From Zygnema circumcarinatum SAG 698-1b (Eukaryota > Plantae > Zygnematophyceae), in NCBI GenBank assembly GCA_037447605.1, contig CM074817.1:2542001-2606000 (forward strand): a stretch of DNA of 64,000 nt. The letters run 5' to 3'. Below the pieces are notes generated by a model, which was not told the origin of the DNA, did not search any database, and worked only from the letters and a program-made list of their open reading frames with translations. Positions within the stretch are counted from its first letter, which is position 1. Each line of letters opens with the position of its first letter. Positions 31,208-44,198 of this stretch are shown here, piece after piece. A program made the translations under genes and the position numbers.

Positions 31208-34200
31208 TCAGCCGACGTCAAGGCGGTGTTCACCTTCTCGCTGAAGATCGCTCAGAACGTCGTTCAGAGCATGAGAGCACCTGCAGCACCCCCAAGCATG
31301 GGAGGAGAGGATATGGGGAGGGGGGAGGGGGAGGGAGGGAGGGAGGGGGGAGGGGGAGGGAGGGGAGGGCGCCTCTCTTTCTGCCCTCTTCTCTCTCTCT
31401 CTCGCTCCTTTTCCAACATTTACTCTTACATCTCTACAGCCCAGACCCTCTCTCCCCTCCCTCTCCCCTCTTCCCTCTCCTCCCCTCTCGGTCTCCCTCT
31501 CCCTCTCACTCACCTCCAGGGCAGATGGTCTAGGAACATAGTGGGAGAGACCACCATCTCCTTCAGCATCTCCTGACTGCCAATCACCGCTCGGTGGCCC
31601 TGCCTCGTCTCCCTCCCTCTCCCTCCCTCCCTCCTCAACCCCCCACAGAACCCTCCCACCACATCACAGAACGCCCCTGTATCTTCTCTAATCAAGTGCA
31701 GAATTTGTCCCGGAACATAAACCTCTGCTGGAAATTTCACATTTTCTAAATCTCCATCCGTAGCAGAATCAAGCCCTGCAAGATTTAGGCTTCTACTAGA
31801 CCTCCCATCCAATAGAAATCCACCAGCTTCAAGCTGCTTCGCTATAGAGATAGGCTCTTCCTCTACCACTATTTCGAGAGGGCCACTCTCCCTCTCCTCC
31901 GCTCTCTCACTCCTCTCCCACGAGGGTCCACTCCCTCCTTCATCTCCTTCGTCTCTCTCTTCCTCTACATCTTCCTGTAGTGACAATCCACTCCCATTTC
32001 TCGTAATTTCTTGGCCTTTAAGTCTGCTCCTTTCAATATCTTGGTTTTTGCCTTCGCTTCTCCCACTCTCTCCTTCCTCCTCCACTCCCTCCCTCAACAA
32101 AGGCATATTTACTGCCCCTCCAGAGAAGTCGCCTTCTCCCCCCTTTCCTGCGCACATCCCACCTGTCACCTTATCAGCTGGGGTCGGTCTGCCACCCTCT
32201 CCCTCTCCCTCTCCCACTCCCACTCCCACATGTCTTCTTCCAATCCCACCACCACTCTCCTCCACTCCACCTCCTCTCCAATCGTCCTCTCCCATCGTCC
32301 CTCCACAGAGCCTCCTCAAATCCTCTCCTTCAGGCCCACTCTCTCCCTCTCCACTCCCCTCCCTTCCCTCCTCCCCATGTTTCTCACTCTCTATGGCATT
32401 CCCCTCTCCCACTCCGGCCCTCACGCTCTGCCTTCCCAACCCTAACGCTTCTCCCACAGCCACTGCCCCCCCCTCCCTCTCCCTCCCCCCTCTCCCCTCT
32501 CTCCTCTCCTCTCCCTCTTCCCCTTCCTCACTGCCCTCNNNNNNNNNNAGGGGCGTTGCCTCTCTCTCTTTCTGCCCTCTCTCTTCTCTCTCTCTCGCTC
32601 CTTTTCCAACATTTACTCTTACATCTCTACAGCCCAGACCCTCTCTCCCCTCCCTCTCCCCTCTTCCCTCTCCTCCCCTCTCGGTCTCCCTCTCCCTCTC
32701 ACTCACCTCCAGGGCAGATGGTCTAGGAACATAGTGGGAGAGACCACCATCTCCTTCAGCATCTCCTGACTGCCAATCACCGCTCGGTGGCCCTGCCTCG
32801 TCTCCCTCCCTCTCCCTCCCTCCCTCCTCAACCCCCCCACAGAACCCTCCCACCACATCACAGAACGCCCCTGTATCTTCTCTAATCAAGTGCAGAATTT
32901 GTCCCGGAACATAAACCTCTGCTGGAAATTTCACATTTTCTAAATCTCCATCCGTAGCAGAATCAAGCCCTGCAAGATTTAGGCTTCTACTAGACCTCCC
33001 ATCCAATAGAAATCCACCAGCTTCAAGCTGCTTCGCTATAGAGATAGGCTCTTCCTCTACCACTATTTCGAGAGGGCCACTCTCCCTCTCCTCCGCTCTC
33101 TCACTCCTCTCCCACGAGGGTCCACTCCCTCCTTCATCTCCTTCGTCTCTCTCTTCCTCTACATCTTCCTGTAGTGACAATCCACTCCCATTTCTCGTAA
33201 TTTCTTGGCCTTTAAGTCTGCTCCTTTCAATATCTTGGTTTTTGCCTTCGCTTCTCCCACTCTCTCCTTCCTCCTCCACTCCCTCCCTCAACAAAGGCAT
33301 ATTTACTGCCCCTCCAGAGAAGTCGCCTTCTCCCCCCTTTCCTGCGCACATCCCACCTGTCACCTTATCAGCTGGGGTCGGTCTGCCACCCTCTCCCTCT
33401 CCCTCTCCCACTCCCACTCCCACATGTCTTCTTCCAATCCCACCACCACTCTCCTCCACTCCACCTCCTCTCCAATCGTCCTCTCCCATCGTCCCTCCAC
33501 AGAGCCTCCTCAAATCCTCTCCTTCAGGCCCACTCTCTCCCTCTCCACTCCCCTCCCTTCCCTCCTCCCCATGTTTCTCACTCTCTATGGCATTCCCCTC
33601 TCCCACTCCGGCCCTCACGCTCTGCCTTCCCAACCCTAACGCTTCTCCCACAGCCACTGCCCCCCCCTCCCTCTCCCTCCCCCCTCTCCCCTCTCTCCTC
33701 TCCTCTCCCTCTTCCCCTTCCTCACTGCCCTCCTCACTACTAGAACTTCCTTCAAATATCTCAAACTTCACTCTTGCTATTGCTCCTCCCTCCACCCTCG
33801 GCCGTGACTTCCCATTGGTCGAAGCTCTCCCCACACACAAACATAAGTGTTTTAATACACAGCCCAGACCTTTCCCTTGATGCTTTAGCAGTCTCCTCCT
33901 CCTCTTCTGCTTATACTCCTTCTGCTGATCTTCCGGCTCTCTCCACTCTCTCAACTCACTCCCTCCCACTGCCATTGAATATTGGGCTAAAGAGGCGTAA
34001 TCTTCCTTAGTATATTCCGTTAAAGCCTCGTCAGGAAGCCCTAATTTAGACCACTGTGATGGAATTTTGTTGAGCTGAGAAGGGCCATTTTGGTTTATTC
34101 CCACTGCCGCTTGAACGTGAGAGACGGTTTTTGCTACTGCTTGGGAGACTACGGAGACGGCATGAGCGCTTTTTTGGGCCACAGTTTGGGCCTGCCCGGA

Positions 34201-35355
34201 AGCTGGGGCAGGCAAAACTTCGAGAAATTTGTCGGTGATTTTCCTGAGAATTGGGGAGCTGCCCGAGTCCGCGGCGATGGCTCGGAGGGCCTTTGCGCGG
34301 AGACGCATTATGGAGGCGACGGAGAGGCGGGAGGCGAACTCGTCGTGGTACACGACGCTGGGGGGGTGGGAGAGGGGAGAGAGAGAGAGAGAGTGAGAGG
34401 AAGAGACAGAGAGAGAGGTGGGGGGGTGGGAGAGAGAGGTGGGGGAGGTGGGAGAGAGAGAGAGAGAGGTGGGGGGGTGGGAGAGAGGTGGGGGAGGTGG
34501 GAGAGAGAGAGAGAGAGAGAGGTGGGGGGGTGGGAGAGGTGGGGGAGGTGGGAGAGAGAGAGAGAGAGAGAGAGGTGTGGGGGTGGGAGAGAGAGAGAGA
34601 GAGGTGGGGGGGTGGGAGAGAGACAGAGAGAGGTGGTGGGGGGGTGGGAGAGAGAGAGAAAGGGAGAGGTGGGGGGGTTGTGAGGGAAAGTGAGAGCGAG
34701 ACAGAGAGAGGGACAGACAAAGACAGAGAGGAAGAGAGAGAGAGAGGGAGGGGGGGCAGACAGTGAAGGAGAGACAGAGACAGAAAGGAGGGGAGAGAGA
34801 GAGAGAGAGAGGAAGGGCACGTGGAGAGAGAGTGACGGTGAGGGGGAGACAGAGTAAGAGAGAGGGGAGGGGTAAGATGTGTGTGAGAAAGAAGAAGCGT
34901 ATTATGGTAGGGTATGGGTCTCTCTCTTCTCTCTCCCTCTCTCTCTTATCTCTCCATTGACATAAGGGATCCTTACGAAGTAACAAAGTTGGAGCATGCT
35001 TTTGCTGTTGCCGAATCCACACAAGGAAGAGTCCCATATCCGTACACATGAAGGCTGGGAAATCGCCGAGCAAGCTATAAGCCCACCACCCCAAAAAGTC
35101 AAAGATCATAAAAACACAAATCCCAAAAACCCCAATAGCCCAAAACCACACACCCAACCCTTAGAAAGAAAAAATGAGTTGAGAAAGTCAACATGAAAGA
35201 TTTCTTCCCTTGAAACTAATAGCACCAATAACTTGAACATGAATTTCGCTCCTAAGAAAATCATGCTTCAGCGAATGGTTTTTTAGCGGCTTAAAGTAGA
35301 AACCCTTAACTTAAGCTCTCTCTCCCACTCTCTCTCCCGTACTCTCTCCCTCCTT

Positions 35356-35387
<32 letters not shown>

Positions 35388-38300
35388 TCCCTCTCTCTCT
35401 CTTACCCTGAAGCCGGTGAGAGTAGCCACCGCCCCTCCCAGAGAATGGCCCACGAGCCGAAGGGCATAGCCCTCGCACTCCCCACCGGGGCCTAGGAGCT
35501 CTGAAAGCAGCCCTCTCTCTCCTGGAGAGAGAGAGAGAGAGAGAGAGGGGAGAGATTGAGAGAAAGAAGAGAGGAGAGAAGAAAGTGTAAAGATGAACAC
35601 GAAGGGAAATCAAATCAAAGAGAGCCTGTCCCAAAAATGGCAGTCAAGGCCCGACCTTTCCACCTCTAAAAAGTCGTGAAACCCTAAAACAATATAAAGA
35701 AGGAAAGAAAGAATGTGAGATGAGTCCACCTGAAATGAAGCCTTTCACTTTACTTGAACCTTCTTCGCCCTCTCTCTCCTCCCTCTCCTCCTCCTCCTCC
35801 TCCTCCTCCTCCTCCGGCATATTATCGAGCTGCTTCGCGAGTTCTCTCGCAGATGCTATTACTCCCGCATGGCCGAAATGAGGTGAGGTTGGGTGAGAAT
35901 CTGAATTTTTATCAGACCTGCGATGCCCAGTACGATGAAAAAATTAAGAAACGGAAATTAAGGGGAATTGATACCATAGTGATTTCTAACAAGATGATAA
36001 TAACATCTGCTCCAACAACAAACGCGCTTTTTCTTGTTGTCTGCTTTCAGCCTTCGTGATGGCAGAGCATCAATTCAGCGAATCAACCCTACCCCTAGAC
36101 CCTCTAGCCCCTACCTACTACCCCTATACCTTCCCTAGCCCTGACCCCTAGAGGGCACACCTGAAGATGCCGGCGAGATCGGACGGTGAGAGAGTGCACT
36201 CGCGTCCTAAGCCGTCGATGAGGAGGTCCTCGGGGGTCTCCGTCCCGCGGACCGCCACTACCACTGTACAGAGGGGGCGGAGGGCGGCCACAAAGTACAC
36301 GGCCTGGGAGGGGCCCATCTGGAGGGAGGGAGGGGAGGGAGGGGGGGANNNNNNNNNNACCCCCTACCCCCCCCCCCTCGTCCTATTAAGCTCACCCACC
36401 TGCTTGACCCGCCCCTTCTTGAGGACCTCCGGCTCGAGCCGCGCGTACCGCAGGAAGGCTGCCGCGTGGCCCCTCCACCAGTTGTCGCCTTCCAGCTCGG
36501 GCCGCCTGCTCCGCCCCCAGCGGCCACGTGTCACCAACCCACAGGTCCAGTGCCACGTGTCACCCCGTGACAGGTTCAGTCACATGTGCCACGTCATCGT
36601 GTCACACAGGTCCATGAAAGCAGAAGAAGTAAGCAACGCTGTGCAGTAAAAGTCTCTAACAGGAAAAAAAAAAGGCAGGTTCAACACAGAGAATAGAAGG
36701 AATACTGAGCACAAGGCATATCGCAGCTTTGTGAAGAGTACCGATTTCGAGTCCAAGGTGCAAGCACGCCCTGCCGCCATAGCCAAACGCATGGAAACGT
36801 GAGGGGATTCCGTCCGATGTCCAACAGCCACCCCTGCATAGAACATGCAACCAAAATTATCCTCACAAAAAACCCTCCAAATTTCAAGCCATTGACTTTC
36901 CACCAGACTCAAACATGGAAAGCAAATACAAATGCTTTACATTCTTTGAAGCAACCAACTCGCTTCACTCCCTTATTCACACAAACAAACGCTGTTTCAG
37001 GGTTTGTACGTGTAGTAGAAAATTAGGGTTTCTGATTCTCACTGTGTAAGCAGCCACAGCATAGGGATGCAGGGCGGCAGCTTCCTTAAGAAGGTCCAAG
37101 GGAGGGGGGGGACCCTCTCCACGCTGTTTGTTGGAGTCATCTGCTTGAAGGAGGGCTAAACCTGCCATACATTATTCACGTAATCAACCCATATATTAGT
37201 CACAGACAGGTGTATGTGTACAAGGAGAACAGGGAGAGGGGTGGGGGGAGATGGGGGGAGGGAGAGAGAGAGGAGAGAGGGAGAGAGGAGAGTGGGAGAG
37301 AGAGGGAGAGAGGGAGAGAGGAGAGAGGGAGAGAGGGAGAGGAGGGAGAGAGGGAGAGAGGGAGAGAGGGAGAGAGGGAGAGAGGAGAGAGGGAGAGGAG
37401 GGAGAGAGGAGAGAGGAGAGAGGGAGAGAGGAGAGAGGGAGAGAGGGAGAGGGAGAGAGGAGAGAGGAGAGGGAGAGAGGAGAGAGGGAGAGAGGGAGAG
37501 AGGGAGAGAGGGAGAGAGGGAGAGAGGGAGAGAGGAGAGAGGGAGAGAGGGAGAGAGGGAGAGGGAGAGGGAGAGAGGGAGAGGAGAGAGGGAGAGGGCG
37601 AGAGGGAGAGAGGGAGAGAGGGAGAGAGGGAGAGAGGGAGAGAGGGAGAGAGGGAGAGAGGGAGAGAGGGAGAGAGGGAGAGTGGGAGAGAGGGAGAAAG
37701 GGAGAGAGAGAGCTGTACCTGCCAGCACCTCCAAGTGAGAGGCTCCCACTGCTCTATAAGCCACCAGATCCCCAAGCAGCGCTGCAACAGCGTCCACGTC
37801 ATCATCCTCCGATGCATTCCTGCACACAAAAACAAACCACAACATAGAAAAGAAGAATCTAAAAAACCCGCAAAAAAATCTGCAAAACATTCCTCCCACA
37901 TTATACGACTTGCCTCAACCTTCTCATGTGTGCTAACTAACTACCTATCAAAAGTCCTATCTATACTATCCTCAGTATTGGTTAGAGGCACCAACCAATA
38001 CTGAGGGCGGCCCATGCAGCATAGAAACTCCCGAATGCTTCGATCGAAGATCTCGCGGTAGTGCGCGCGCCACGCCCTGTCCTTTGTACGGTAGAGCGAG
38101 CGCCACGCAAGCACCTCGCTGCCAATCAGAAGCTGCGCCAGAGCTGCCGCCCAGGCCACGGCGCATACAGCCACAGCGATAGCCTGTACGGAGGGGCGGG
38201 GATACCCCCCCTCGATGTTGTCGGCTGCATTGACAAGGACAAAATGAATGGAAGGAAGGGAGATTGTTACAACAGAAAGGACAATGCAGACAAGGTGTGG

Positions 38301-38579
38301 TTGGAGTGTGGGGTTTCGCTGTTGTTTGGGTTGAGAATTGATGATAAGTTGATGGGTTTTATGGGAGATGGGGATGTGAGGGTTTTAGTAGATGGGGGGG
38401 GGGGAGGGGACTGACAGGATTGGTGGCATTCAGACTTCCCGCGTTCGCTGGAAGCTTCCGCGAAGGCGTAGCTGAGGAAGGCGGCGGCGGCGATCTGCAG
38501 GAGCAGCAGGAGCAGGCCAACGCGACTCCAAAGGACCCACCAGTTGTACCGGGACTGAGGGAGAGAGGGGGAGAGGGAA

Positions 38580-38612
<33 letters not shown>

Positions 38613-39182
38613 GGGAAAAAGAGAGAGTTAGGGTAATTAGCGGTGATTCTTGAAGTGAGGTAGTGCAAGGATAGGGCAACGAAGTTTTGTGAGAACGTTT
38701 TTTCAGTCAAGATATATATGCAGACTGTGGGAAATCAGAGAACAAGAGGGGTGATAATGGTGATGCCAATGATGATGGTGGTGATGAGGATGGTCATGAT
38801 GACGTCATGATTTTAAGGGACGATAACACCGGAATAATGGTGGTGATCATGAGGATGGTCATGATGACCATAATGATAATTGATGACAAGCATGATCATG
38901 ATGATCATGCTGGCAATCGCGATGATGATGAAACAATAACAATGGCACTGATGATGATGATGACATTGACGATGATCATGATGATGATGATGACATTGAT
39001 GATGATGATGGTGATGATGATGATGATGATGACATTAATGATGATCATGATAGTGATGATGACATTGATGATGAGGATGAGGATGAGGATGAGGATGAGG
39101 ATGAGGATGAGGATGAGGATGATGATCATGATGATCATGATCATGATGATGATGATGGTGATGATGACATTCATGATGACAT

Positions 39183-39215
<33 letters not shown>

Positions 39216-39843
39216 CAGCCATGAGTGATGTCAAGAGTCCCCACCCTCCGCTGAACCCTGTCCCGAGGCGCGTCCCCCTGCGGCCCATTGAGGCCCTTCA
39301 GGATGCTCGCGGCGACGAGGCCCTGCGCCCACCCCGCCGCCGCGAACCAAAGGAGGCGCCCCAACCCGACCGCGCTCGCCAGGTACAGGCCCGCCACGAC
39401 CTTCCGCGCACACCCGTACGAGGTTTGGTACACAGCTGCACACGGCACTCGGGCCAAGGGCTGCAGGATTAGGGTTGGCATCGCTTCATCTACTCGTCGC
39501 CATACAAGTGCAGAAATCTACAAACGAGTCCATACAAGTTCATGTATAGATGCATGATCATACAAGTATATGCATACAGATAGTAGTTCATGAATTTTTG
39601 TTAAGATTACAGCGCTTATTTTGCGTTGCTTGAAGTGACACTCTAGCCCATGTGTTTTTTATGGACGCACAGCTTTGTTCATCTATGCCATCTTTTAAGA
39701 GCAATAGGAACAAGTGGAAGGAGAGAGAAAGTAAAGAAAGAGGGGAGAACAAGGTCACCTGCAAAAATGCAGAATGCGACGCAGAGAGCTTGAAGAGGGG
39801 CTATCAACAGAACCGATCTCCGCACTTGCTGCAGAGGAACCAT
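31208..39843 (-). CDS. Membrane-anchored class-3 lipase (DAG lipase-beta-like); start codon uncertain (39843 or as far as 40353)
   Basis: N-terminal hydrophobic exons; [33 protein letters not shown]; [10 protein letters not shown]; [13 protein letters not shown]; [13 protein letters not shown]; nucleophile motif [13 protein letters not shown] (~35430-35470); [12 protein letters not shown]; [14 protein letters not shown]; last exon 31280-31208. Confidence 0.85.
31361..33732. repeat. ~1.19-kb direct duplication flanking an N gap (probable assembly artefact)
   Basis: 31361-32538 recurs at 32549-33732 with offset 1193-1194; identical ORFs at 32011 and 33205; gap at 32539-32548. Confidence 0.9.
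38755..39215. repeat. (GAT)n-type degenerate trinucleotide tract in a lipase intron
   Basis: Read directly, including a (GAGGAT)n sub-array at ~39075-39120. Confidence 0.9.
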
Positions 39844-41579
39844 TCGATCCTTAAAAAGAGTCGACGAATCTCTCACCAATTTTCGTTCGAGCGATATAAC
39901 TTTCGTAAAGAATGAAACGCTAAACCTAAAAATGAGCCGACCGAATGCTTGGAAGTTTGCTCTGCTGTGTGAAGCCTTGTGCCCCTTATACCGCCCCTCC
40001 ACTTCCTCTTCTAAATCCTGCTTCTTTAAAGCATCTACACTCCCTTCAGCTGAAGCCCTAATTCCAGATGATGTTGCCGCCACAGGAAGAATGTTTTTGT
40101 TATAGATTGCCGCAAAGAAGCTCCTCAGCACCCCCCCGAATGGGGTTGTAAAGGAAGACTCTTCTCCCTCTACTTCAAATTGAGACAAGGGGGAGTAAGT
40201 GCTGAGAGTGGAGAATCTATGGCGGAGCTGAGCTAGGGTCCAGCTGGGAAGTGGGGGAAGAGAGGGAGGGGAGGGGGCCCAAGACCACGGAGAAGGTAGG
40301 GGAGGCCCCTCCGCTTTGGCGGATTTGCAGAGTGTGGGGCCGTTGGTACGCATGCAGGAAAGAGGGAGAGGGAGGGGGAGGAGAGAGGGAGAAAGGAGGG
40401 AGGGAGGGATACAAGCGATAGCTGGCAGCCTGCATCAGCCCTTAATGCTCTCTAAGTCCAATCTGCTTCCCGAAATCTTTTCTCTCTTAACTCAATAGAT
40501 CAAGCCTAACCCTAATTCTGGACCCTTCGCCCTGCGGATATACCCACCCAGCCCTAAATTTACATCAAACCTTCCCTTAAAGATTGGGTATAGTCGATCT
40601 GCGGGATGCGAGCGATCCCTTCCTTCCTCCCGTCCTCCCCCTCCTGCAGCCTCTGTTGCAGATTCCTAATGCAGGCTGAAAGTACTCTGCTGCTGCTCCT
40701 GCTGCTGCTCCTGCTGCCTACTTGCCGTGAGCCCAAACCCTAATTGCCAAAATCCAAGAAGCCCATCTGCTTCAGCTGCATCTGCTTCTTCTGCCCTTCT
40801 GGGCCCCCCATACTGCAGGTGCCATCATGCCATGCCATGCCACATCCTGCCTCACCATGCCATGCTGCCAGCATGCACATGCCCATGCCCATGCGTGCCA
40901 TGTCTCAGCATGGCCCCATGCCCATCAGCCATGGCTCGCTCTGTTTCTTTCCTCTCCACTTAATAATAATTTAAGGAGATAAGTGCTACTTCCTTCCCAT
41001 AATTAAAAAGCAATGATTAAAAAAAAAGTAAAAGAAAATATCCTCAGCAGTAGTGATCAGTACAGTACGAATCCTTTCTCAAAACTCTCGCGCATAGGCA
41101 AATCAGCACTCGTCACGTGTCACTAACAGCCACATGTCTACATAGAAAAGCTGCCACGCGTACGGATTTAGCGACCCGCACGTGTTCCAGTAAAACTCGT
41201 ACACATGGAACTTCCGTAAGAAACGTACCGAAACACCCGTGTCATGACGTATGTTTCTTGCTTGATGGCGTATGTGGCTCCATGCGTTCATGGTTAACAG
41301 TTAGCAGTTCCACAACATGCTTTTCCATGCGAAATCTATTGCAAAGTTGATTCTCCAATTTTCACATATATCCTTTGTTCCAAATCTAATATTTGTTCTA
41401 CTGGAACGGAACGCGGATTCGAAGCATAGGTCGAGGCTTAGGGTTCCGGAGGCGGCCTCAAAGGGGGACGGCTTGGACACGTTGGTCCTTTCGCGAAGCC
41501 GCCCTCTCTCTCTGCGCGCTGAGCCCTTAGACCTGCAGAGGAGGAGGGGGACGAAGGAGGCAGGAGGAAGCCCGCAGCC

Positions 41580-43168
41580 ATGGAGAACGAAGATGGAGAA
41601 ATTGTGGATCTCTACATTCCCCGGAAGTGGTGGGCCCCATGGCTAGGCTATGGCTATGGCTGCTGTGGTGGGGGGGGGGGGAAGAAAAGGGGGCGGAGGG
41701 GAGGGGGTGTAAAGAGTGGGAGGACGGGAGGGAGTTGGAGGAGGGGGGTGGGAGTGAGAGGAGGGGGGGTTGGCTAAGGGAGGGAGTGCGAGGAAGATGG
41801 GAGAGTAGTTGAAAGGTGGGAGGGAGTGGGAGCTGGTGGAAGTGAGAGGAGGTGGGGCGGTAGGGAAGGAAGTGGGAGGAATGTGGGGAGTGTGTAAAAG
41901 GTGGGAGGGATTGGAAGTATGGAGAAAGGGAGTGGTAAAAGAGCGGGGGGGGGGTTGAGGAGGCGGGGAGTGAGTGAGAGAGATAGAGAGATAGAGAGAT
42001 AGAGAGATAGAGGGTGTGTGACAAGGAAACGAGGAGGTGGGGAGAGGGAGAGGGAGAGGGATAGGAGACAGCTGTTGGGAGGTAGGGGCTTGAGTGGAAG
42101 CATGGAAAGTGAGGGGGAGTGAATGGGGAGTCAGAGTATGAGGAGAGTTAGGTTGGGAAACCGGGAAAAAAGGCGAAGGGTGAGAGGGAGGATAGAGAGG
42201 GAAGGAAGAGAGATGGGCTCTGCGCTCTCCTTCCTTCACTAAATTGAGAAATATTTTCTCTGCGCATCATGTGTTTACGCATTGTCCGAGCAGATAGTGT
42301 TCTTGGAGCCGTCATTAGCCCAAAACAAAATTATACTTAAGCAAACTTTGTTGATTTGACGAGTGCAGCTCCTCCACGAACCGGCTGATCACTTCGAAGG
42401 ACCACGCCTCCGTGCAGATCAACATCGGCCTTGTGGACGACAAGGGTGTGTACACCGGCCAGTTCACCACTCTCGCGCTCTGCGGCTTTGTGCGCACACA
42501 GGTAAAATTTCGCCTCTTAATTTTTGGGAATTGGGTATTAAGGTTTTCCCTGGATTCTCCAGAATCCGGTCTCTCAAGTTTTCTGAAATTTGGGTCTTCC
42601 GAACTTTTTTGGGCTGTGGGTATCTCAGGAACTAGGTCGAATGCTTTTCAGGGAATTCAGTTATGGGTCTTTCAGAACTTTTGGGTTTCGGGTCTTTTGG
42701 GAGTCAGTTGTTAAGTTTGTAGGAATTTTGGGTTTTTGGGGTTTGAAGATATTAGGTGAACCATTAGTTATGTCGGGATTGTTAATAGTTTTGTGTTTTT
42801 CGATTTGAGGTTTTCAGGAATTAGGTCTTCAAAGCTCGCAGGGGTCAGTAGGAAACTGGGGTTCTGTTGGAATCCCATGGAATTAGGGTTTGACTATAGT
42901 AAGAACTTACGTTAAGGCAAGAGTGGCACCTATGTTCGTGCAGCATAGGAGGAGGAGCAAAGTGAGAGTATTGAAGATAGTTTATAGTATTCTTTTTTCT
43001 CCTCATACATGTGCAAGTTCATTGTTTTGCATTTGAAGCTCCAGTCTAAGAAGAGTCTTATCAGAAATGCTGAAGCTTTTCTACTTTACTGTTTTGATGT
43101 TTCAGGGAGATGCGGACAGTGCCATGGACAGGCTGTGGTCAAAGAAGAAGGCTGAGCTCAACCAGTAG
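41580..43168 (+). CDS. RPS21: 40S ribosomal protein S21 (exons 41580-41629, 42369-42501, 43106-43168; 81 aa)
   Basis: The spliced product [81 protein letters not shown] has the canonical eS21 sequence and totals 246 nt. Confidence 0.97.
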
Positions 43169-44198
43169 ACTGGAACGAAGCCGAGCAGGAATCCCATGAA
43201 AAAAGGAAAACGGGAAGGAATGTAAAGACGAAGTCCTTTATGCAATTGAGCCGGTAGCCTACATGGGGTCATGTGCACCCTCTCTTTTTACCCAGTGAAG
43301 CTTTTGTGTATTCGCTGCATCACATGATGCATGTGATGCCGATGCTGAATGCATGTATGGATGGCGACACGGCACTAAATGGATGACTGCATGGCGCTTG
43401 TTGCAAGTCAAATGGAGTTGGCTTACTAAGCCAGTATTGTGGCTTACGCTCAGTTCAAGTTGTGCCCACAACTTTCGAAACATTCACGTGGGTTTGGCTG
43501 TTGATGGTCAAAGCATGGGAGAAAAGAGAAGCTTGCAGTTGCCAGGCTCCCTCCTCTTCCCTGCCCTTCTTCCCCATCTCTCCCCTCCCACTCGCAATTC
43601 CCCTTCTATTTTCCCCACTGCACCGTCTCCTCTCCCCCTTTTCTCCCACTCTCCTGCCCGCTCAACGTCCCCCTCATCCCCTCCAACTCTCTCTCCCGCC
43701 CCCCTCCCCTTCCCTCCCCTCCTCTCCCCTTCTCCTCTCGTCGGTGAGAGGCATACAACATCGTACACAATCAACCCATTATATCAGCTAAAGAAATGAG
43801 CACTGCATCTTTGGAGCCAGCTTGGCTGCTGAACAGAGAAAGTTATGCCTATTCAAACAAAGCATATCTGCTCCATATGGATGTGAGAAACAACTCCATA
43901 GGCATATCCATATACATACGACTCCATTAAGGTAGTCGATTTAATTGCTCTTTTGTCAATACTAAAATTCTTGTCCTATCCCCCAGTGCCATGAAGCATA
44001 TGCAGTTGAGCCTCTCAAACTTCACAACAGACCTCCCCCACAAATGAACATTCATTCTGATTTTGGATTCCACGCAGCACCTCATTCACCTATCTCTGTG
44101 ACTGCTGCAGTCCCGTAATTACGTTGAATTACGTCCTCATTGGCTGATTTAATTCTGTTGAATTATGTCCTCATTAACTGATTTATGACAGCATATGT

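Noticed and set aside
31510-35157. 1215-aa single ORF
   Set aside because: A chance read-through of CT-rich introns, real lipase exons, an N gap and the duplicated block.
38807-39472. Met/Asp-rich and poly-His ORFs suggesting a metal-binding protein
   Set aside because: These are frames of a (GAT)n tract lying in a lipase intron.
43945-44190. Possible box C/D snoRNA around a short internal duplication (GTTGAATTA(C/T)GTCCTCATT x2)
   Set aside because: No convincing C box with a terminal stem or recognisable rRNA guide.
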